The notes below the pieces were generated by a model, which saw only the letters and a program-made list of their open reading frames with translations, did no database searches and was not told the DNA's origin. From the IMG/VR virus record IMGVR_UViG_3300037418_002116: a stretch of 64,000 bases of DNA. One strand, 5' to 3'. Every line of letters starts with the position of its first letter. Position 1 is the stretch's first letter. This document shows, piece after piece, positions 7,645 to 14,484 of the stretch. Made by a program: the position numbers and the translations under genes. Source of the stretch: a virus. Lineage: Duplodnaviria > Caudoviricetes.

Positions 7645-8237
7645 TAGGTGTTCACCTTCAATGGAACATACGGATAATTTGCGTTGGCAAATCTCGTCTT
7701 GAATCCAAATGTTGCCGGACCAGCTATGGTCGGACCAGAGATTTTCATTGGCAAAACGGGTATATAGAATGCTTGGTGCATCCATTCCCGTTCATCCTGA
7801 AATTGGGATAACTCGGCGGCAATTTCCGTCGTATAGATGTGCACCAATTCTGTTTCGGCATCCAAACCACAAACAAGCATCAAATCATTTCGAATTTCGC
7901 ATGTGTATTGTGAGCGCAGCGCTCGGGACATGGCGACTATCGAATATTTGTCCCTCCCATAGTCACGCAATTCCGTGACGTTGAACATCGGCTGATGTTT
8001 GAACAAATAAGGATGTTTATCGACCAGATTGGCGTTAACATCCGTCACCATCTTGGAAAATTGCTTGTCGAAGCCTTCCAAATAGTGTGGCAATTGCTTT
8101 TCCAGAAGGTAGCTTTTCCAGTTCTGCAAATCGAACTTCGGCTTCGACGGCATAAGCGCCGGAAGCGCCAGTGCTGGCTTGGCGATGGCAACAGCGGTCG
8201 CCGCTACCGAACCAACAAGAAAATCACGCCTTTTCAT
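7644..8237 (-). CDS. Tat-signal protein with condensed major-capsid (gp23)-derived domain
   Basis: MKRRDFLVG...PALA signal (ATG 8237, GGAG RBS); NWKSYLLEKQLP, HQPM, AMSRALRSQYTCEIRNDLMLVCGLDAETELVHIYTTEIAAEL and FGFKTRF correspond to successive gp23 motifs. Confidence 0.8.
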   Translation of the reverse strand: MKRRDFLVGSVAATAVAIAKPALALPALMPSKPKFDLQNWKSYLLEKQLPHYLEGFDKQFSKMVTDVNANLVDKHPYLFKHQPMFNVTELRDYGRDKYSIVAMSRALRSQYTCEIRNDLMLVCGLDAETELVHIYTTEIAAELSQFQDEREWMHQAFYIPVLPMKISGPTIAGPATFGFKTRFANANYPYVPLKVNT

Positions 8238-8415
8238 TATCATGCTCCGGTCTGTTCCATTCGATAGTCATGGTATCGAGTGTCGTTTGAATGTGCTTGA
8301 TCTTACCGATTCGGAGGCGGCAAACACCATCAACATTGACCCATAATTTTCCGAATTGGTCAAGAGTCACTTCAACCACTTCGGCGTCCAACATATCTAC
8401 CATTTTATCGGTCAC
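8224..8415 (-). CDS. Hypothetical protein
   Basis: 63-aa ORF; GTGA overlap upstream; its stop lies inside the Tat module of the next gene. Confidence 0.7.
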   Translation of the reverse strand: MTDKMVDMLDAEVVEVTLDQFGKLWVNVDGVCRLRIGKIKHIQTTLDTMTIEWNRPEHDNEKA

Positions 8416-9212
8416 AGACGACTCCCGTGTTCATTGAAGGCTGATTCTAATTCGAATACTAATTTTTGCACATCAGCCGCATAAAATCCAGAGGAATTTA
8501 TAGTGTTGATTTCGACAATTTTGATACCGTCTGGCGTTTCGCAAACGTCCATCACATATGCTTCGGCGGGTTGCCATCCACTTTCTAGCAAAGAGGAAAC
8601 GAACCAATGGAAGCGGTAATCCACATCGTTGGAATACATCACTGTATCGCCCATCTTGTATCGAGAGGCAGTGACAATGCGACGTTGAACAATCCAGAAC
8701 CGGTATTCGGACCAGATTTCTTTGACAGGCGAGACTTGGACCAGCGTATCTGGCGATAGACTGATAGCTGACATTCCGGCGCTGGCAATGCATACCTTCC
8801 GTTGCCAATCGTCAAAATATTCAGCTTCGAAAACGCCACCGGAAAAAAATTTGGAATCATCAACCGGGCGGATGAAGGTTGGTTTCGAAATCTCGACTTG
8901 CTGGAATTCCATTACTTCGGAATCAGCGTTCAGCATTAGATCGCCCCAATTCGATTTCTGAATGGTGAAATCCATAGGTCCGACATCGAACACACCCGGT
9001 TTCCAGCCATACAGTTTGGCAGCGTGGCGCATTGAGTAGGAACCGAAACAAATGACGTTATCGTGGCCTATCTTTGGTTCAGGCGATAACGTACCGATGA
9101 ATGGAGTGACCTTATGCTTAGAATGTGGCACTCCAAATGTGCCAAGCGTGGTCAAAAGTGTATCCCAACCACGCTCACTGAAATCTGTATCCTGTAGAAT
9201 CCAATGCATCAA
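8412..9212 (-). CDS. ATP-grasp protein (R2K/DUF4343-like)
   Basis: FIRP...KFF.G, EYRFW, AYVMDVC...KIVEIN.INSSGFY pattern. Confidence 0.8.
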   Translation of the reverse strand: MMHWILQDTDFSERGWDTLLTTLGTFGVPHSKHKVTPFIGTLSPEPKIGHDNVICFGSYSMRHAAKLYGWKPGVFDVGPMDFTIQKSNWGDLMLNADSEVMEFQQVEISKPTFIRPVDDSKFFSGGVFEAEYFDDWQRKVCIASAGMSAISLSPDTLVQVSPVKEIWSEYRFWIVQRRIVTASRYKMGDTVMYSNDVDYRFHWFVSSLLESGWQPAEAYVMDVCETPDGIKIVEINTINSSGFYAADVQKLVFELESAFNEHGSRL

Positions 9213-9333
9213 ATAGGAACAATCATCATAGCATGATGCGACGGTTCAAATATAGAACAAACAATTGCCGCATGAATAACGAAAAATTTTGCAGTAAAAA
9301 CTAATATCATTTTGTTTCCATAATAAAAATCTT

Positions 9334-9409
9334 TGGCAGGGGCAGCAAGGATCGAACTCGCAACCTTTGGTTTTGGAGACCAACGCTCTACCAATTGAGC
9401 TATACCCCC
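9334..9409 (-). tRNA. tRNA-Trp(CCA)
   Basis: GGGGGTA/TGCCCCT acceptor, TTGGT-CTCCAAA-ACCAA anticodon arm, encoded CCA. Confidence 0.93.
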
Positions 9410-9418
9410 TATGAAATT

Positions 9419-9640
9419 CTATTTAGCAGATTTCTTTTTCTTGTCCAGTTCACGTGCCTGCATAACACGTAAAAATTCTTCGAATGCATCCGGATCATCG
9501 TCCAGATATTCAATGACCAGCCTACAAATATATGGTCCGGTGCCGCCGATGATACCAGAATTGATTTCTTGGTTCGCATATGACTGAATATGCGCCTTCA
9601 CTTCATCCGGCGTGATTGGATATTGCGCAATGTTACGCAT
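9419..9640 (-). CDS. Hypothetical protein
   Basis: 73-aa ORF in a coupled run. Confidence 0.7.
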   Translation of the reverse strand: MRNIAQYPITPDEVKAHIQSYANQEINSGIIGGTGPYICRLVIEYLDDDPDAFEEFLRVMQARELDKKKKSAK

Positions 9641-9845
9641 GGAATATTTCCATCTTTTCGTCTTCCCATGTCATGAAGACTTCTTCATAGACAATTCCCA
9701 AACGGCCCTTGGTATCCGGCCAATCGGTCTTGACTCGAATTGCGTCTGCATCAAAGGCGACTGTCAATTCTCCGTCCAAACCGGAACCGTCTGCATCCTC
9801 GAATTCGATAGTGACTTCCTCGCCCGGCTTCAACACTACTTTCAT
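9633..9845 (-). CDS. Hypothetical acidic protein
   Basis: 70-aa ORF, ATGA overlap, AGAAGG RBS. Confidence 0.7.
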   Translation of the reverse strand: MKVVLKPGEEVTIEFEDADGSGLDGELTVAFDADAIRVKTDWPDTKGRLGIVYEEVFMTWEDEKMEIFHA

Positions 9846-10033
9846 GGCGTCACCTTCTTTATGTCTCTGTAGCTCTTGAATGCTTGCTTAACCCGTTGTT
9901 TCAGCTTTTCCGGATCACTTGATAGATCAAAATAGCTGACCTGTGAGCTTACCGAACGGACTTTATAGATGGTTCGATCCTTCTGCACAGACCCATCGAA
10001 ACATCGGCTTATTTTCCAACCTTCTAGAAACAA
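9842..10033 (-). CDS. Hypothetical protein
   Basis: 63-aa ORF, TTG start with GAAGGA RBS. Confidence 0.6.
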   Translation of the reverse strand: MFLEGWKISRCFDGSVQKDRTIYKVRSVSSQVSYFDLSSDPEKLKQRVKQAFKSYRDIKKVTP

Positions 10034-10052
10034 TTTGGTTCCTTCAAAAATA

Positions 10053-10090
10053 AATGGGAGCGGAACGCTTGACCTGTTTCCGCTCCCATT
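10053..10090 (-). terminator. Intrinsic terminator after the Mot-like operon
   Basis: 13-bp stem AATGGGAGCGGAA/TTCCGCTCCCATT followed by TATTTTT on the minus strand. Confidence 0.7.
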
Positions 10091-10177
10091 GGGGCTGGCC
10101 TAAAGCCTTGCCTCCACCACCAGTTTTTTAAAGAAGCTGGAAACTTGTGATCAATGTATTCCAGATTCGCATATTTG

Positions 10178-10657
10178 TCAAGGCACCTGAATGTCGGAAT
10201 GTGGTTTTTCTGTCATTCCATCGTCAACTTGTAATGGGAAAGTTTGTGGTGTACCCGGATGGAACACACCTTTAGCGCCGCCTTCAAGCTCCATTCCAAG
10301 CTGCATTTTATTGTTCTTAGCTTCCTGCAAATCATTGGCCGTTTTGTCAGACCAAGGAAGTGAGCAAACCCGTGAACCGAAAATGGGTTCGGAAAAGAAG
10401 ATATCGATCTTTTTTTCAGGATAAGCGGCGAAACCCAAAACCGTAAATTTATCACGTGGTGCATTGATTCCCGGTACGCACTGCATAGAGGCACCAGAAC
10501 CGACAAACAGAACGGCTAGGCTGAGTGCAGAGCCTATAAAGAAGCCGATTACCGACAAGGCCCGTGGTTTGTGTGATCCGGTTCTAGCCCAAATTGCGAT
10601 ATGGGCTATGATACCAAAAATCAGGGATAGAAAAATCCAAGAGGCTGTAAAAATCAT
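10178..10657 (-). CDS. Membrane protein (2 N-terminal TMs + soluble domain), third gene of the Mot-like operon
   Basis: Two hydrophobic segments, two Cys in the soluble part; TAATG coupling. Confidence 0.75.
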   Translation of the reverse strand: MIFTASWIFLSLIFGIIAHIAIWARTGSHKPRALSVIGFFIGSALSLAVLFVGSGASMQCVPGINAPRDKFTVLGFAAYPEKKIDIFFSEPIFGSRVCSLPWSDKTANDLQEAKNNKMQLGMELEGGAKGVFHPGTPQTFPLQVDDGMTEKPHSDIQVP

Positions 10658-11214
10658 TATTCGTTTCCATAGACCAGAGGATGATAGAGTTTCAGGATTG
10701 AGCCCGGAACCACGTTACCCTTGTCGTCCAGTTTGAAGGTCACTGCCGTGATTTCCTCTTTCGGACGGGATAGCGTCACGGGGCCTTCAAAAATTTTGGT
10801 TACGACACCATTCTTACCGTTCAAACGAACTTCCACCTTGACTTCTTTGGGAAATCCAGTCGTGATGTTGAAGGCAAAAACATTGACAACATATTCGCCG
10901 GGCGGTGTGCCTCTCGAAAAGGCATTTTCATAATTTATGCCTACATCGTCGGCGGCGGTTCCTAGATCGTCTCGCAAGAGATTCCAATTTTCGCCGTCTT
11001 TGTGAAGAAAGCCGATTGGCTTATTTTCGTTCGGTCCCATAAGCCAAAGGTCAACGTCATCTTGTCCGTTTGGCCATGTGATTGTGACAATAAGATTGCC
11101 TGCCGGTTTCATATTGTCTTGAATTACCGGAGGATTTTGGTTAGAAATGATGACCAAACTAATCAGCATGATAAGGATAGTCAGCATCAAATCTCTGAAT
11201 ACCCAATTTATCAT
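10657..11214 (-). CDS. MotB/ExbD/TolR-like single-TM protein with YfaP/DUF2135-like periplasmic domain
   Basis: WVFRDLMLTILIMLISLVII: TM with the conserved Asp; TITW...DDVDLW and ENAF...PGEYVVNV resemble YfaP-type domains. Confidence 0.6.
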   Translation of the reverse strand: MINWVFRDLMLTILIMLISLVIISNQNPPVIQDNMKPAGNLIVTITWPNGQDDVDLWLMGPNENKPIGFLHKDGENWNLLRDDLGTAADDVGINYENAFSRGTPPGEYVVNVFAFNITTGFPKEVKVEVRLNGKNGVVTKIFEGPVTLSRPKEEITAVTFKLDDKGNVVPGSILKLYHPLVYGNE

Positions 11215-11789
11215 GCTTGGTTCGTCACATCCTCGATATTATAGTGCAACAACCAAGCTTTGTGCTTTACATCTTCAATGTACAGGCTTGTAGCTGTTTC
11301 GATGATGTGGAAGTTTACCCATAGCCACAATCCAGCCAGCGCCCCAACCAAGGTAGAGCCGAAGGCAGTACCCAGACCGGCCAAAATTTGGTGAGAAAGT
11401 GCCGCTGAATCAGCCGAATCGCCAAATTTCAGCATGACATACATTCCTATCAGATTGCCCACCAGTCCAAGCAGAGCAAGCCATTCCGACATGACGAACA
11501 CGATCTTATTCAAGATCGGCAATTTGAATGCCTTTAGACGGGCATCAGGAAGCGTTGTGGGAATAATATTTCCGAGATTGTGAATGCCGTCGCTGATTTC
11601 TCCAATGCGGCGGTAGCAGATGTACAAACCGCTTGCAAAAACGGCTAACAAAACATAGGTGAAATGGGCCGGATCACGATGGAAAACTTCGGCGGCGTAT
11701 CCGAGAAAATATAGCCCAAGGAAAATTACAAATCCGATTCCATTGGCCAAGAGAAATCGGTACAGCAATAGATTATGTAGTTTATTCAA
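11211..11789 (-). CDS. MotA/TolQ/ExbB proton-channel family protein
   Basis: Several TMs; LALLGLVGNLIGM and ILAGLGTAFGSTLVG match the family signature; TTG start. Confidence 0.75.
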   Translation of the reverse strand: MNKLHNLLLYRFLLANGIGFVIFLGLYFLGYAAEVFHRDPAHFTYVLLAVFASGLYICYRRIGEISDGIHNLGNIIPTTLPDARLKAFKLPILNKIVFVMSEWLALLGLVGNLIGMYVMLKFGDSADSAALSHQILAGLGTAFGSTLVGALAGLWLWVNFHIIETATSLYIEDVKHKAWLLHYNIEDVTNQA

Positions 11790-11819
11790 TGATGGTTCTT
11801 TCGGGGTTAGATAAGCAAA

Positions 11820-11863
11820 AGGCCCAGAAACGCCAAGGATAGAGTCCTTGCATTTCTGGACCT
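11820..11863 (-). terminator. Long hairpin between tRNA-Met and the Mot-like operon (terminator or processing site)
   Basis: AGGTCCAGAAATG-CAAGGA/TCCTTG-G-CGTTTCTGGGCCT followed by TTTG. Confidence 0.55.
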
Positions 11864-11897
11864 GTGAGAGCCAGCATTAGCGCTGTAGGTAAAAATT

Positions 11898-11975
11898 TGG
11901 TTGCGGGGGTCGGATTTGAACCGACGATCTCTACGTTATGAGCGTAGCGAGATGACCAGACTTCTCCACCCCGCA
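11898..11975 (-). tRNA. tRNA-Met(CAT), initiator-like body without the three G-C anticodon-stem pairs
   Basis: TGCGGGG/CCCCGCA acceptor (U1-A72), A11-U24, GTCGG-TTCAAAT-CCGAC T-arm; anticodon stem CTACG/CGTAG. Confidence 0.9.
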
Positions 11976-11985
11976 ACAAACATGG

Positions 11986-12102
11986 TCAATACCATGTTAT
12001 TCCCCAAAGCCTCTCAAAGTAGTCATCCGACGTGTGGTTGAAGATTGCATTCTTCTTTGTGTCGGGCTTCTTTGTGGGCTTCGGCTTCTGTGTGTTCTTC
12101 AT
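11986..12102 (-). CDS. 38-aa basic peptide, probably leaderless
   Basis: MKNTQKPKPTKKPDTKKNAIFNHTSDDYFERLWGITWY*; ATG 7 nt after the -10 box. Confidence 0.5.
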   Translation of the reverse strand: MKNTQKPKPTKKPDTKKNAIFNHTSDDYFERLWGITWY

Positions 12103-12109
12103 ACTTTCT

Positions 12110-12138
12110 GTTATAGCTGACTTTATTTAGCCTGTCAA
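12110..12138 (-). promoter_or_regulatory. sigma70-type promoter with embedded CTAAATA
   Basis: TTGACA (12133-12138), 17-nt spacer, TATAAC (12110-12115). Confidence 0.75.
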
Positions 12139-12170
12139 GCTGAACTTTCAGAAAAAAATCTGAACTTTTG

Positions 12171-12830
12171 TCAGGGAACACCGATAGATTCCAACCATTG
12201 GTGCCGGGCAGTGTACTCTTTGGCAATGCCGATGGCATTTTCGCCAGACTGCACGGTATATGGATTGCCGGTAAAATAAGCGAGGGCAAAAATGTTGGCG
12301 TCCAATTCCTGTGGCGACATACAATAGGCGAGATTGGATGCAAATTCCATTGGACTACACCGGATAGGACGGCCCTTCCAAAAGGTTTGGAAAGGAGCAG
12401 TATTATGAGTAAGCCAACCACGCTGAACTTGTTGAATGTGGCGAAGCTCATGTAGAATCACGAACTGGATTGTATTGAAATCCAGCGAAACGTCGATATT
12501 CAAAACTTGACGGCCATCTTCCATGAAGCCAGCCGAAGATCGAACTCTGTTGAACCGCAAGACGACATTCCGCATATTCATGCCAAGTTCTTTGATGGTG
12601 GCATACAGGAAATTTTCGATCTTTTCGTCAGCACTGTTTATGACCGTGTGGAAGATCGATGCCAGCTTGGTCGATTTTGCTGTAGGATTGGAATTGGCGG
12701 TGAAAATATCGGCCAATTCCCGAAGGAAATCCGTCAAATTGACGGCATCGGTAAGGGTTATAACGTCATCAAAACCCGAAGTTCTTGGTAGGCTTTCTGC
12801 ACTTAGCTTGCCAGTCTGCATTTGTTCCAT
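12171..12830 (-). CDS. HExxH metallopeptidase-like protein
   Basis: ILHELRHIQQ plus distal PQELDAN. Confidence 0.6.
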   Translation of the reverse strand: MEQMQTGKLSAESLPRTSGFDDVITLTDAVNLTDFLRELADIFTANSNPTAKSTKLASIFHTVINSADEKIENFLYATIKELGMNMRNVVLRFNRVRSSAGFMEDGRQVLNIDVSLDFNTIQFVILHELRHIQQVQRGWLTHNTAPFQTFWKGRPIRCSPMEFASNLAYCMSPQELDANIFALAYFTGNPYTVQSGENAIGIAKEYTARHQWLESIGVP

Positions 12831-13332
12831 CCTTATAACAGAATTTCAGCCGGGCGTTCGGATTCTTGAAAACGAGTCCTTCGTCCAGAGGATCATCGAG
12901 GGAGTCAAAAATTTGCAGAAACTTTTTTGTATAAGTTTTTGCAAACGTTATACCTTTAGATTTAGGAAGTTCATAGAGCATTGTCAAGCGCTCTTTGAGC
13001 TTTGTACCAACCAAATCATTTCCTTTAAAGATCAGGATATCGAAAAGGTACAAGGTATCCTTTACCGATGGACCCTTGTTATGGAGCAATTCACCCACAA
13101 AAACGGATTCCGGAAACTGCTTGAAATACTCCACAATGTGGTTTGGTGCAGTCCAAGCCTTGTGCAATTCGTTGTGGCGATTCCAGAAAGTCGGAACACC
13201 ATCCTTGTCAACGTCAATGACGGTGCATGTTCCATTTTTCTTAAGTTGAGCGATGGAACCGTTCTTTTCATAGAACGGGATTAGGTCACGAGGAATCGCC
13301 TTTTCCGGGCGTGGTGGCCATAGGAAGGGCAT
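12769..13332 (-). CDS. Minimal ATP-dependent ligase/nucleotidyltransferase (adenylation domain only)
   Basis: QLKKNG, FVGELL, LFDIL, DEGLVFK, WQAKCR correspond to ligase motifs I-V; no OB domain. Confidence 0.7.
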   Translation of the reverse strand: MPFLWPPRPEKAIPRDLIPFYEKNGSIAQLKKNGTCTVIDVDKDGVPTFWNRHNELHKAWTAPNHIVEYFKQFPESVFVGELLHNKGPSVKDTLYLFDILIFKGNDLVGTKLKERLTMLYELPKSKGITFAKTYTKKFLQIFDSLDDPLDEGLVFKNPNARLKFCYKDGTNADWQAKCRKPTKNFGF

Positions 13333-13541
13333 TAATCATTCTCCACCGACTTGCGACCGTTTTCGAAAGCAAGTTTGATGATTTGCGACAACCAAAGAAC
13401 ATCGATGGAGCGCAATTTTCCTTCTTTTTCGAGCTTTTCTGTCCACTCGAAAATTTTGGTTTCATCAAAGCCTTGACCGGATTGAAAGGCTGGAAGCTCA
13501 TACAGTTCCAGCCAATCGTTTTCGTTCCGAGCCCGTGGCAT
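13332..13541 (-). CDS. Hypothetical protein
   Basis: 69-aa ORF coupled on both sides. Confidence 0.7.
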   Translation of the reverse strand: MPRARNENDWLELYELPAFQSGQGFDETKIFEWTEKLEKEGKLRSIDVLWLSQIIKLAFENGRKSVEND

Positions 13542-14224
13542 CAGCCCTTGGCCTTCTTCGCCTTCTTTTCGGCTTCCGCATCGACCAGACCGGCAAGCGA
13601 CTTGGCGGCTTCAAGAGCCTCCACCAGCGTTCCCGTATAGGTCGGCTTGATCGCCGGAACCGTGACAATCGGCAGAAGCAGTTCGGAAAGGCCCTTTTCG
13701 AAGACCTTGCTAACCGTTTCGTCGGTCACGACCTTCTTTTCTTCCTTTTCCTGAACAAGGATGAAGTCAGCCGGAAGACCGGCAACCTTTTCGAGCGCCT
13801 TCGAAACCTTTTCGAGCAAGGCCGAGTCGTTGAAGTAGGTCGGATTGATGATGTATGCCGCTTCCTTGGTCACGATGGAACCCACCGGGATTTCATTCTT
13901 GGACAGAAGCTCGACTTCTTCGGGCGAGAGCGGCGAAGATGAAGCACGGTTCCGCAATTCGCAGGAAGCCGACGCCTTGCCGTCGATACCCCGGAAATTG
14001 TCCGGGCGGGCCTTAAGCTGCTTGCCGATGCCGACGAAGATCGAATTCATGTCGCCCTTGACGCTTTCGCCAACGGTTTCCATGATGGCCTTAAAGCCCT
14101 TCAAAACCGTGTCGATGGCGGCATAGTTTTCAAGGCCGGTCAAAGCGATCTTGGCCTTGTCATCCTTCTTCGCAGAAGTCTTTGGCTGGCTTTCGATCTT
14201 TTTGGCATTGGAAAAAATGGACAT
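13541..14224 (-). CDS. Early hypothetical protein
   Basis: Start ATG 14224 with AAAGGAAAG RBS, below an early promoter; strongly biased codon use. Confidence 0.85.
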   Translation of the reverse strand: MSIFSNAKKIESQPKTSAKKDDKAKIALTGLENYAAIDTVLKGFKAIMETVGESVKGDMNSIFVGIGKQLKARPDNFRGIDGKASASCELRNRASSSPLSPEEVELLSKNEIPVGSIVTKEAAYIINPTYFNDSALLEKVSKALEKVAGLPADFILVQEKEEKKVVTDETVSKVFEKGLSELLLPIVTVPAIKPTYTGTLVEALEAAKSLAGLVDAEAEKKAKKAKG

Positions 14225-14252
14225 ACCGCTTTCCTTTCTCGTTACATTCATC

Positions 14253-14280
14253 AATATAATGAGAATGTAGAGGAAGTCAA
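14253..14280 (-). promoter_or_regulatory. Early sigma70-type promoter
   Basis: TTGACT, 16-nt spacer, TATATT; shares a 20-bp identical block with the promoter at 28172. Confidence 0.75.
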
Positions 14281-14484
14281 GCGGTATTTTCAAACCATCG
14301 TGGTTAGAAGCCCAAAACAGACCGGACATTGGGCGGAAAGCCAGTCACCTTCCCTTTGATCGGCATGGTAACGTGCCTCTTTCCGCTTAAATTTGATGAC
14401 GGAAGAACAAGATCGGCACGTTACCCGATATTCCTTTTCGGCGGGCAATTCGCCTCTTTTTTCGATTTCTATGACTTTATTCCT

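Larger units (their letters stand above)
6813..8237 (-). repeat. Four dispersed copies of an about 26-bp Tat-signal start module
   Basis: ATG(A/C)A(A/G)(C/A)GGCGTGA.TT.CTTG..GG at the 5' end of each of the four ORFs (about 6813-6838, 7219-7244, 7619-7644, 8212-8237). Confidence 0.75.

Noticed and set aside
12523-13284. 253-aa plus-strand ORF and the many other plus-strand ORFs over minus-strand genes
   Set aside because: Shadow frames of well-supported minus-strand genes
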